A DNA stretch of 57,564 nucleotides. Source: Candidatus Moraniibacteriota bacterium. GTDB taxonomy: Bacteria > Patescibacteriota > Minisyncoccia > Moranbacterales > UBA1568. Location of the stretch: assembly GCA_041910335.1 (NCBI GenBank), contig JAYRRF010000010.1:1-57564 (forward strand), given 5' to 3'. The position numbers and the translations under genes were made by a program. The stretch's first letter is position 1, and each line of letters opens with the position of its first letter. Positions 21,587 to 30,635 of the stretch are shown in pieces. The notes under the pieces are model-generated. The model saw only the letters and a program-made list of their open reading frames with translations, had not been told where the DNA came from and searched no databases.

Positions 21587-23488
21587 TTATGGATTCTTGA
21601 CTACTCCACTTTGGTCTGTCACCCCTTTATCATCTTGGAGAAAATTCGTTACTGCCTGCTTTTCAGTTTTGACTTCTTTCTGTGTAAAACTTTCCTTAGC
21701 AGTGAAGGTAGCAGCACGCATCAGTTCCACATCCTTATTGACCTGACTCGCATTCGGGGTAATACCTACCTGAAACTCGAACTGCTTTTCTTTACCAGCA
21801 GCAAGTACTCCTATCTGCCAGATGAGCTCATTGGTACGCTCATTATATTCTACTGTCTCGCCACTTGGCGATGACACTCCTTTATACACCACTCCGCTTG
21901 GCATGACAAATCGAATCCGTGCCTGAGTAAGGTCATTGGATGAGCTTGATACCTTGGTCTTGAGTGTATACGTGGTCTCACTCCCCACTACCGGTGGCAC
22001 TGGACCACTATTTTGGAAAGCACTCCCAGTGAAGTACGGTGTTATCTGCAGACCAACCAAGGCACCCACCTTGAGCTGGAGGAGGTTACTGGCTATAGTC
22101 TTGTTGCCTGTCAGTGTCGTCTTCACATCTGGACTATCAATAGTTGCCATCGAGCGAATCACAATGTTTTTCGGATTAGATCCCGCTGGAAATTCTTTGA
22201 CGACTGGTATGGTGAAGATGATTTCTCCAGCTTGTCCTGGCTCCAACTGAGCAAGTGCCGGTATGGCACTCGCCTTCCAAATAATTTTCTTAGCAGCCTG
22301 ATCATAAAAACCATTCGTGAGCTCAAGACGAGACACGTCTAGGAAATTGGTATCAATACCAAGCATCACGATGACGTCACGCATACCAATGACTGAGTCA
22401 TTCTTATACTTGAGGGTATAGCGAAGAGTATCACCTGGATTAACCACTGCATCGTTGTTCCCATTGACCAGCTGACTGATAGTGAGCGGTGTTCCGATGA
22501 TTTGAGTCTTTTTCTCGATGGTGTTATACGTCAGGAGCGTGTTATCTCCCTGAAGAATCCCTATTTTGGCAGTAAAGGTCTTGGCACTTTCTTTGACGCC
22601 GCCCAAATTTCCATGGATGACTATTTTGCCTGTTTGGTGTGGCTTGAGGTCAGCGAGTAGCCAAGTATTATTACTTTCTACAGTCGCTCCCTCAGAAGAA
22701 ATATACTGAAAATCCTCAGGATACATGGCGATGACTCGCAGGTTATGAAATATCTCTGGACTCTGGTTCTCATAGTTAATCACGTAGTCTACTGCCTGCC
22801 CACTCGCTACTTCACTTGGCGCACTCACCTCGAAGAGGAGTGGCGACGTCGCCAGTGTTACCTCAAGTTGTGATTTGGTCTCATACTGACTACTCGTACC
22901 CTTAGGGGTATAGCGCAAGACAGCTTCAATAGTACCTTTCTCGCCTTTCCCTCCATAAAACTGACCGTTCAGTGGCAAGGTCTTAGTGATACCGCGAGGA
23001 AGTGCCCCAAGGGAAATCTCGACTCGCTTACCTACCATTTTCATTTCTGGTGTTGTTTTGATACGAAAACTCTCCGGCAGAGTCAGTGTCAGAGTCACAT
23101 TGTCTGCCTCACTCCAACTCTGATTTTCATAGTTCACTTTGAAGCCCACCTCTTCTACACTAGCGACACTCGCTGGCCCAGTCACCGAGACGCTCACAGC
23201 GCTCTGTCTCTTGAGATAGAGGTAACCAACAAAAGCCGCTGTACCCAGTACGACTAGTGTTCCCACTGACCACGCGGCTATCACGAGTTTCTTCTTACGT
23301 GCCTTGGCTACATCAGGACTGACAAGATATATCTCCTGTGTCGGACTCTGCCACTCTTCTTTTTTTTGGAAGGCTTCTCGTTCTTTACTGAGCTCCTCCT
23401 CTGTGTGTTCTTCATGCATACCGAAACGAGCCTTATCCAGGTGGCTGTCACGGCTATGGAGCTGATCATTTAAATCTTCAAGACTCAT
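21587..23488 (-). CDS. Membrane-anchored multi-Ig-like (DUF11-like) surface protein
   Basis: Single TM helix near aa 68-90, then repeated beta-rich units (PGDTLRYTLKYKN; DYVINYEN). Confidence 0.65.
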   Translation of the reverse strand: MSLEDLNDQLHSRDSHLDKARFGMHEEHTEEELSKEREAFQKKEEWQSPTQEIYLVSPDVAKARKKKLVIAAWSVGTLVVLGTAAFVGYLYLKRQSAVSVSVTGPASVASVEEVGFKVNYENQSWSEADNVTLTLTLPESFRIKTTPEMKMVGKRVEISLGALPRGITKTLPLNGQFYGGKGEKGTIEAVLRYTPKGTSSQYETKSQLEVTLATSPLLFEVSAPSEVASGQAVDYVINYENQSPEIFHNLRVIAMYPEDFQYISSEGATVESNNTWLLADLKPHQTGKIVIHGNLGGVKESAKTFTAKIGILQGDNTLLTYNTIEKKTQIIGTPLTISQLVNGNNDAVVNPGDTLRYTLKYKNDSVIGMRDVIVMLGIDTNFLDVSRLELTNGFYDQAAKKIIWKASAIPALAQLEPGQAGEIIFTIPVVKEFPAGSNPKNIVIRSMATIDSPDVKTTLTGNKTIASNLLQLKVGALVGLQITPYFTGSAFQNSGPVPPVVGSETTYTLKTKVSSSSNDLTQARIRFVMPSGVVYKGVSSPSGETVEYNERTNELIWQIGVLAAGKEKQFEFQVGITPNASQVNKDVELMRAATFTAKESFTQKEVKTEKQAVTNFLQDDKGVTDQSGVVKNP

Positions 23489-23543
23489 TGGATTTTTGTT
23501 TTCTGTACCTCTATAGTAGCAAAACTAAAGCCTAAAAGAAACG

Positions 23544-24266
23544 CTAGTGTGCAATCCAATCAGCGAAGCGTCTCGTCACCATTTCAAGTTCACGAAGATC
23601 GCTATCACTTAGCTTGAGCTTGAGACACGCTCCAAGCCTATTAGTAGCGAAGAGACGCATTAGCTTGATAGTGTTTTCTTGGATATAGAAACTCTCCTTG
23701 AGTTCACTGGCTTCTGCTTCGGTGATGACTCCGCCTGCCCGAGGACTAAAGAAATGCCTTTCCCCTTGCACAAGCCTCTGCCCAGAGTGGACCGAAGTCT
23801 CTGCTTCAATGTGGTAGCCAAGATGACTAAACAACTGAAAGAGAAATACTTGCGACAAAAGACGCATTCTTTCTTTTTGTCCTTCGTTAACAAGTCTTTC
23901 TCCTTCTTCAAGGTACTGCGTCATCAGGTCATAAAGCTCTTCGTCGCTCTCATCCATATCGACGAAGCGCTCGAGAATACTCATGTTTTGTGAGACCGAA
24001 AGAAGTGCTTCATAGTCACCTCTTAGAGAAGCAAACATCTCTTCCACTACAGCCGAAGTAATCTTGCCTATGCCCTTCGTCTTATTGATGATAAGCGAGA
24101 CAACAGTGAAGCTCTCCAACTGAGAAGCAAGCTTGGCTTCTGGTTTGCGGACGCCTTTAGCCATCACTCGTATCTTCCCTTGCTCACGAGTATAGAGAGT
24201 GTAGAGACGGTCTGTCTCCCCAACTTCTTTCTTGCTCAGCACAATAGCGGTATAACGATATTCCAT
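23544..24266 (-). CDS. recO: DNA repair protein RecO
   Basis: AIVLSKKEVGETDRLYTLYTREQGKIRVMAKGVRK. Confidence 0.92.
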   Translation of the reverse strand: MEYRYTAIVLSKKEVGETDRLYTLYTREQGKIRVMAKGVRKPEAKLASQLESFTVVSLIINKTKGIGKITSAVVEEMFASLRGDYEALLSVSQNMSILERFVDMDESDEELYDLMTQYLEEGERLVNEGQKERMRLLSQVFLFQLFSHLGYHIEAETSVHSGQRLVQGERHFFSPRAGGVITEAEASELKESFYIQENTIKLMRLFATNRLGACLKLKLSDSDLRELEMVTRRFADWIAH

Positions 24267-24304
24267 GTCTTAACAATGTCAAAAGTAAAATGGAAAATGT
24301 GAGA

Positions 24305-24835
24305 CTAAGCTCCCTCCAAGAAGTCGAGTATCTTTTCAACTAATGAGTCTGTTGATTCGTCTGTATCTAAAAATAGTTTGTTCCCAGGCATAACAGAGTA
24401 GTCAAAGTCCTGCTGCTGCAGTCCCCCCTCATGATATCTTTGTTCGTCATGATGACTCGCATGACGCTCTCTCGTAAGCATTCTTCTGAGACGTTCCTCT
24501 TCTGATACAGAAAGTATGACCACCCTAAGGTCTACATCATACATATCAATCCACTCTTGAAATAACTTCGGATTATCTGGATGATTAAATGGTGACTCGA
24601 GAATGATATCTACTTCGTTTTGAATATTATCTTCTGCTAAACCAACAAGCAAAGCTATACTCTTGCGACCATGTATCTTACTCTCTTCTAAAGAAGAGCC
24701 CTCATACAAATCATAGAGGCTTTCTTTGATTACATCCTTATGTAGGCACACTATATTTATTTTTTTAGCAACTGAGGTGGCCAGGGTAGTTTTCCCGGTA
24801 CCAGGCAGTCCACAAAAAATGATTACTCGACTCAT
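24305..24835 (-). CDS. P-loop kinase (AAA_33-like)
   Basis: CGLPGTGKTT Walker A and R-R lid-like segment; ATG overlaps the ileS stop as ATGA. Confidence 0.8.
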   Translation of the reverse strand: MSRVIIFCGLPGTGKTTLATSVAKKINIVCLHKDVIKESLYDLYEGSSLEESKIHGRKSIALLVGLAEDNIQNEVDIILESPFNHPDNPKLFQEWIDMYDVDLRVVILSVSEEERLRRMLTRERHASHHDEQRYHEGGLQQQDFDYSVMPGNKLFLDTDESTDSLVEKILDFLEGA

Positions 24836-27800
24836 ACTCGTTTGAGCCAAAAGGTGAATGAGATATCTTCAATATCAACTGTATTGGAGTACTCGGCACC
24901 CGTAAGCTCACCTATCTGCACTTCCGTAGCCAATACCTCTCGAGCTATCTCATCTTGATGCGCTGCAAATACATCTTCTTTACCTGAGTAACCAAGCACT
25001 ATACGATCTTCGACATTGAACCCAGCTTTCTTACGACCTTCTTGGATGGCACGAATGATTTCGCGTGCCTGACCTTCTAAGATAAGTTCTGGGGTAAGAT
25101 TGGTGTCAACGACTATGCTCTCTTTTTGGTTAGTATCTATCAATACTTCTTTCACATTTAACTCATCTCTGAGAATTGCTTCATGCTCCTCTGATAACAA
25201 GACATTGATAGTGACTTTAGCAAGAGGCTGCCTTACTTTTATTGCTCGATTATCAAGACCTTCTGTAATCAACTTTCTGAGGACTTTCATGTCTAGAATA
25301 ATTTCCTGCACAATTCTTTCTCCGCCTATTTTTCCATTAGGCCATCCTGCCAAATGCACCGACTCTTTGCCTGTAAGATTTTGGTACATTTCTTCTGCTA
25401 TGAACGGTGCAAATGGCGCCATTAATTTAGAGAGTTCAACCAAGGTAGTGTAAAGAGTTTGGTAAGCCTCTTCTTTATCACCATCATTCTCATTCTTCCA
25501 GAAACGCTTACGGCTACGACGAATATACCAATTCGAAAGGTCATCGATAAATGGTGCAAACTTCCGGGCTGCCACTGCTAAATCATAATTCTCTAGGTCT
25601 TCTGTTACTCCTTGTATCAATATTTGAAGCTCTGCGAGAATCCACTGATCAAGGATATTTTTAGGTACATGCACATGTGGTGCTGGTTGCCAATTATCTA
25701 TTGTGGCATACGTCGTAAAGAACGAGTAGGAATTCCAAAGCATACGAAAAGTATTCCTGACCATCGTCTGTAGGTCTTTCTCAGAGAAGTTGAGATTCTC
25801 CGCACTAACGACTGGCGAGGTAGTGATATACATACGAAGAGCATCCGCTCCATACGTATCGATGATCTGCATCGGATCTGGGTAGTTCTGGAGCTTTTTA
25901 CTCATTTTTTTGCCATCTTCTGCCAAGATGACCCCCGTTGCTATGGCGTTTTTGAAAACTGGCTCATCATAGAGAGCAGTACCGAGGACATGCTGATAAT
26001 AGAACCATGTTCTCGTCTGTTCTACCATCTCAGCAATGAAGTCAGCTGGGAAGCGCTCATTTGTACCCTCTCTCATATGGTGCTCGCTCGCGTATGGCAT
26101 CGAACCACTATCAAACCACGTATCAAGTACATCTGGTACTCGTTTCATCACGCTATCGCACGTACTACATGACCAAGTCAACGCATCAACTGTGTGCTTA
26201 TGAAGGTCATCTACTTGCTGTCCGCTTTTCTTCTCCAATTCTCTGACAGAACCGATTACTTCTTGATGACCATTCTGACAAACCCACAGCGGTATACAGC
26301 TCGCCCAAAACCGCTGACGACTGACTGACCAGTCACGTGCTCCCTCGAGCCACTTCCCAAACCTTCCTGCTTTCACGTGCTCCGGCGACCAATGAATTGA
26401 CTCCGCATTCTTCAAAAGCTCGGGCTTTATCTTATCTACGGCGACGAACCAGCTACTGGTTGCATAGTTGAGGAGTGGTGTATCACAGCGCCAGCAGTGT
26501 GGGTAGCTATGCTCATATTTTTCCTTACTGAATAAAAGACCCCTACTTGCCAATGCCTTGATGATTTCTACGTCGAAAGCCTGTGCATTGTCTATCGGCT
26601 TCACTTGCATACCGGCGAATTCTTTGACTTCAGCCTTGATAGTTCCATCCATCTTCACATGCTGTACCCATGGAAGGTGATGCTGTTTTCCAAGAAGCAT
26701 ATCATCTTCTCCAAAAGCCGGCGCTTCATGAGCAATACCCGTACCCATATCTGTCGTCACAAAATCCGCGTGATACACCTTCCAACCATTTTCATGATTT
26801 TCCAACTCCTTCTGATCAAAGTAATCTTTGAATGGTGGTACGTATTTTGTCCCCAGGAGTTGATCACCTGCTTGCACAAAGACCACGACATATTCACCGA
26901 GTTCCCGAGAGAGCAACTCTAATCTTTCCTTTGCTACCACGAGAAGCTCTTCTGGGAAGCGATCTGAATACACCATTGCATATCCAATCTCTTTATTCAC
27001 TGCGAGTGCGACATTTCCTGGCAGCGTCCACGGTGTGGTCGTCCAAGCCAAGAAGGATATCTTTTCTATTTGAGCAGGCATTCTTCCTTCAGAAGCAAGG
27101 TTGAAACGATTCATTTCTAAGTCCTTGTACAAGTCTTCTGCTGGTGAAGGTGTACGCCATACCAACTCAGTGTGCTGTGTTTCCTGTAAAGCTGGATCAC
27201 CAGAAACAATCTCCGTCTCAAAAACATGCAATCTCTTGAGTCGCCCCTGGTATATTCGGAAACTCTGGTAGAGTTTCTTGCCTGTTTTGACTGTCACACC
27301 GAGCTCTTCTCGGCATTCACGTACCAATGCCTCTTCAAGACTTTCTCCTTGCTCTACCCCTCCGCCGACAAAAAAATACTGTTCTTCTTCTTTTTGATAC
27401 ACAAACAGGATTTTATCCTCCTGACGAATCAGTGCGATAGCTACGTCGTCTGCTTCGGTTTGGTCCACCTCAAACTTCGCAGTGACTGCTAAATCTTTCA
27501 CGTCCTTATACCCTTCACTCACTTCTGCCTGAGCCAAAGTTGTTTCACAGCGCGGACAGATGTGCATCGTGCGATAGCTCTCATAAATGAGTCCCTTGTC
27601 CCAGAGGCTTTTCCATACCCACCAGACACTCTCCATGTACTCCTTTGACATGGTGAAATATGGATTCTCCATATCCACGAAACGTCCGAGGCGTTCTATA
27701 TACATCTTCCAATCCTCCGCATACTCAAGCACCTTACCACGACAAGCGTCATTGAACTTGTCGATACCATAAGTTTCGATATCTTTCTTGTTCTTGAAAC

Positions 27801-28098
27801 CAAGCTCTTTCTCTACAAGGTTCTCGATAGGAAGTCCGTGACAATCCCAGCCCCACTTCCGTTCGACACGAAATCCTCGCATCGTCTTATAGCGAGGTAC
27901 GATGTCCTTCACGATACTCTGTAGGAGATGCCCGTAATGAGGCAAACCAGTAGCAAAAGGCGGTCCATCATAGAAAACAAACTCTGGCCTTTCTCCCTTT
28001 GGTCCGACTGATTTTTCAAAAATATGATTCTCCTTCCAATATCGAAGCACTGCCTGCTCCATCTTCGGGAAATTCATTTGTGCGTCTACTTTTTTCAT
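24832..28098 (-). CDS. ileS: Isoleucine--tRNA ligase type 2 with inserted NUDIX domain
   Basis: GPPFATGLPHYGH, WTTTPWTLP, KMSKK; complete Nudix box at 27295-27363. Confidence 0.97.
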   Translation of the reverse strand: MKKVDAQMNFPKMEQAVLRYWKENHIFEKSVGPKGERPEFVFYDGPPFATGLPHYGHLLQSIVKDIVPRYKTMRGFRVERKWGWDCHGLPIENLVEKELGFKNKKDIETYGIDKFNDACRGKVLEYAEDWKMYIERLGRFVDMENPYFTMSKEYMESVWWVWKSLWDKGLIYESYRTMHICPRCETTLAQAEVSEGYKDVKDLAVTAKFEVDQTEADDVAIALIRQEDKILFVYQKEEEQYFFVGGGVEQGESLEEALVRECREELGVTVKTGKKLYQSFRIYQGRLKRLHVFETEIVSGDPALQETQHTELVWRTPSPAEDLYKDLEMNRFNLASEGRMPAQIEKISFLAWTTTPWTLPGNVALAVNKEIGYAMVYSDRFPEELLVVAKERLELLSRELGEYVVVFVQAGDQLLGTKYVPPFKDYFDQKELENHENGWKVYHADFVTTDMGTGIAHEAPAFGEDDMLLGKQHHLPWVQHVKMDGTIKAEVKEFAGMQVKPIDNAQAFDVEIIKALASRGLLFSKEKYEHSYPHCWRCDTPLLNYATSSWFVAVDKIKPELLKNAESIHWSPEHVKAGRFGKWLEGARDWSVSRQRFWASCIPLWVCQNGHQEVIGSVRELEKKSGQQVDDLHKHTVDALTWSCSTCDSVMKRVPDVLDTWFDSGSMPYASEHHMREGTNERFPADFIAEMVEQTRTWFYYQHVLGTALYDEPVFKNAIATGVILAEDGKKMSKKLQNYPDPMQIIDTYGADALRMYITTSPVVSAENLNFSEKDLQTMVRNTFRMLWNSYSFFTTYATIDNWQPAPHVHVPKNILDQWILAELQILIQGVTEDLENYDLAVAARKFAPFIDDLSNWYIRRSRKRFWKNENDGDKEEAYQTLYTTLVELSKLMAPFAPFIAEEMYQNLTGKESVHLAGWPNGKIGGERIVQEIILDMKVLRKLITEGLDNRAIKVRQPLAKVTINVLLSEEHEAILRDELNVKEVLIDTNQKESIVVDTNLTPELILEGQAREIIRAIQEGRKKAGFNVEDRIVLGYSGKEDVFAAHQDEIAREVLATEVQIGELTGAEYSNTVDIEDISFTFWLKRV

Positions 28099-28100
28099 AG

Positions 28101-28877
28101 TTATTCATTTGATGTATCACGTCTCTCATACTGAGCCAATGCCTCGGTCAAAGTATCATGCATTTTTCTATACTGCTCGAGTTTATCGAGGGCTCCAAAA
28201 GCTCTGAATGCGTCTACATACTCTGAAAAATCTTCAATGACTCTTTTAGCTTCCTCCACAAGACCCAGGTCATATTCTCCTTCAGGCTTCATCTTAGAGA
28301 GCAACGACTCGAATAACTCTACATCAGTGGCAAATGCATCCTTTTGTTCTGCTGATTGAAGCCCTCGATCGCTAACATTGTCAATTCTTTTATCATTCTC
28401 GAGAAGCCCCCTACTGATTCTCTCCTTAAGCACAGCTACTTTTTCAGCCTCTTCTGATATACCATAGTTTATAAAAACCTTACGAAAATCTTCAAGCTGA
28501 AGAAGGAGATTATCCAAGCTTCTATTGACTCTTTCTCGTGTTTCACCTCCAATGCTGTGAAAGATTCTCAAAAGTCTTTCTATCTTCTGTAGTTGCTCAT
28601 CATATGAGCGATACCGACTCATCGTAAAGAGAATTCGCACTATCTCATTCTTGTTTCCCTCTATCTGGCGTCGTACTACTACCCTATCCTCTCCTGCAAT
28701 TTTGGGATCATCAAGGATATCTTGAAAACTCTTATTGAGACCTTCAAATTTAGCCTTGTACTTCTCTAATGCTAAAAGGAAATCTTTTTCCTCTGCTTTC
28801 TTTTCTTTGCTCTGATCACGCTGCTGACGGGCAGCTGCCAGATCGACTATATTATTTCCTACTTGTTCTATACTCAT
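28101..28877 (-). CDS. Hypothetical charged helical/coiled-coil protein between the T-box and ileS
   Basis: 258-aa ORF starting about 10 nt after the T-box terminator and ending 2 nt before the ileS ATG. Confidence 0.75.
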   Translation of the reverse strand: MSIEQVGNNIVDLAAARQQRDQSKEKKAEEKDFLLALEKYKAKFEGLNKSFQDILDDPKIAGEDRVVVRRQIEGNKNEIVRILFTMSRYRSYDEQLQKIERLLRIFHSIGGETRERVNRSLDNLLLQLEDFRKVFINYGISEEAEKVAVLKERISRGLLENDKRIDNVSDRGLQSAEQKDAFATDVELFESLLSKMKPEGEYDLGLVEEAKRVIEDFSEYVDAFRAFGALDKLEQYRKMHDTLTEALAQYERRDTSNE

Positions 28878-28886
28878 AAACTTATA

Positions 28887-29100
28887 AAAACAAAAAATCC
28901 TTAACACGCCTGTGTTAAGGATGCTTCAACGAGTTCAGCATGGTACCACCTTACTTTATCCGCCAGCTGGCGAACCTTCATTATACGCTTTACGCTACGC
29001 TTGCGACGGGTTCTACTCTCGAATGATTTCTTCCCGTGACCTGTCTCGGCTATAGAGTGAACTATAGACGGACTCAGAGGTGATTATCTCTTCAAGGCCT
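28887..29100 (-). promoter_or_regulatory. T-box riboswitch (Ile specifier AUC), terminator type
   Basis: Stem I with GAAGAGA/GCCGAGA motifs, specifier GAA-ATC-A at 29025-29027, GAGAGTAGAACCCGT, stem III TCGCCAGCTGGCGGA, antiterminator AAGG-TGGTACC-ATGCT...AGCAT-CCTT, terminator ATCCTTAACAC-AGGC-GTGTTAAGGAT plus U-tract. Confidence 0.93.
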
Positions 29101-29110
29101 TTGTAGCTCC

Positions 29111-29139
29111 ATACTAGCAAGACTTTCCCTACAAATCAA
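29111..29139 (-). promoter_or_regulatory. Putative sigma70 promoter of the T-box leader
   Basis: TTGATT-N17-TAGTAT with extended TGn. Confidence 0.7.
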
Positions 29140-29830
29140 CCTCGAGAATCATCGGGAGATGATCTGATGATTCATCGTCTTCTGGCACCACAAAACTCTT
29201 CACTTTGATATCAGGTGAAACAAAAACAAAATCAGCCCAGAGTTGCTTAGGAAGATCGGGCCACATATCCCAAGAAATCTGATTCCGTGTCGTCTTAATG
29301 TCAAAATCTCTAATCAAGTTTCTATACCCCGCCTCCTCAAACATTCGCACACTCTCAGTATCCAAGAGAAGATTGAAGTCGCCCCCAACTATATGAGGCT
29401 TCTTTTTGTCTTTCAAAAACTCGAGCAACAGCCGTGATTGTTTCAGGCGCACCTCTGTATCTACCTTAGTACCAGGTTGCCACTGTCCGTGAAAATTAAT
29501 TACGGAAAGCTTTTTATCTCCATCTCCTATTTCACTATATAACCCCACTCCGCAACCTTCTTCGTGAACCAAGAGTGCTTGTGATTGAGTCTCAATGAGA
29601 TTCTTTTGTATATAGGTATTATTGGTATAGTTATCTCTTTCCTGTCGAAAACCTCTTGTGGTAACACTTCTCAAAGTAAAATTCTCCAGGTGAGTCTCTG
29701 CTAAAGCAACAAACTTCTCTTCTGCTTCTTGAAAACAAAAGATATCAGCATCTTCTCGGTGCTTAAGAAGAAAGCGTGCTAAATTCTCACTCATGGTAGC
29801 ATCCCAACAATTCAGAAAAACAATCTTCAT
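29129..29830 (-). CDS. Endonuclease/exonuclease/phosphatase (EEP) family protein
   Basis: FCFQE, INFHG, GGDFN, ADFVF, SDHLP. Confidence 0.9.
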   Translation of the reverse strand: MKIVFLNCWDATMSENLARFLLKHREDADIFCFQEAEEKFVALAETHLENFTLRSVTTRGFRQERDNYTNNTYIQKNLIETQSQALLVHEEGCGVGLYSEIGDGDKKLSVINFHGQWQPGTKVDTEVRLKQSRLLLEFLKDKKKPHIVGGDFNLLLDTESVRMFEEAGYRNLIRDFDIKTTRNQISWDMWPDLPKQLWADFVFVSPDIKVKSFVVPEDDESSDHLPMILEVDL

Positions 29831-29831
29831 A

Positions 29832-30410
29832 CTAGACCCCTTCCCATTCCAACTTCGTAACTGAGCCAGTCGCAGGTGACCATCCAATAGCGCTGTCATA
29901 CACACTCTCGCCCAGTATTCTTCCGTGGATTTGTTCCAACGTATCAGCGTGTGACACTAAGACCACCTTTTGTCCCGGAAGTTCTCGAGCGATATCCTGG
30001 AGGATACTCTCCACTCGATCTCGCATCCCGAGCGTACTCTCTACTCCATCGGCGCCATCTGTCTCTATTCTCTCTTCTGGTTTGGTATACCTTTGAAAGA
30101 ACTCTCGAGAAGGCCGAGCATTATAGATACCGAAGTCAGTCTCTCGCAAGCGCACATCCTGAAAGACAGGTACCCCCGTAGCCTCACTAATGAGCATAGC
30201 TGTCTCCACGGTTCTTGTGAGTGGTGAAGCGATAATGACAGTGACAGCCTCTTTGCTCAGTTGCTCTCCAGCTGCCTTGGCTTGCTCTACCCCCTTCGTC
30301 GTCAGATGTCTCACGGTACTGCCTGGTATTTCTGGATATGAACTCAATAAAGAAAGAGTGTTAGACTCTGACTGACCATGGCGTACAAGGTAGAGAGTGA
30401 TGTTCGGCAT
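29832..30410 (-). CDS. Histidine phosphatase family protein
   Basis: LVRHGQS, SPLTRT, LRETDFG, VSH. Confidence 0.92.
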   Translation of the reverse strand: MPNITLYLVRHGQSESNTLSLLSSYPEIPGSTVRHLTTKGVEQAKAAGEQLSKEAVTVIIASPLTRTVETAMLISEATGVPVFQDVRLRETDFGIYNARPSREFFQRYTKPEERIETDGADGVESTLGMRDRVESILQDIARELPGQKVVLVSHADTLEQIHGRILGESVYDSAIGWSPATGSVTKLEWEGV

Positions 30411-30412
30411 AA

Positions 30413-30565
30413 CTAACGAATGAAAAATCGATAAATATCTGCTCCGATACCAATAGCAAAGAAAAGGACCGTCAACCCAACCACCTTGAACATGAAGAAA
30501 GTAGCTTGCTCCCCTCCATTTGGTTTGGCTTTATATTTTTCTCTGTATTTCTTCGGTAACGGCAT
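30413..30565 (-). CDS. Small single-TM protein (50 aa), not in ORF track
   Basis: AAGGAG before the ATG; MPLPKKYREKYKAKPNGGEQATFFMFKVVGLTVLFFAIGIGADIYRFFIR; stop 2 nt before the next ATG. Confidence 0.7.
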   Translation of the reverse strand: MPLPKKYREKYKAKPNGGEQATFFMFKVVGLTVLFFAIGIGADIYRFFIR

Positions 30566-30635
30566 AATAAATACTCCTTTATTTTAGTGGTTATCTTTTT
30601 ATATACTCTTCGACTCTGCTCAGAGTGAGCTACAC

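Noticed and set aside
29121-29131. AGGGAAAGTC on the minus strand, resembling RNase P RNA GAGGAAAGUCC
   Set aside because: It lies in the T-box promoter spacer, and the partner P4 strand is not present.
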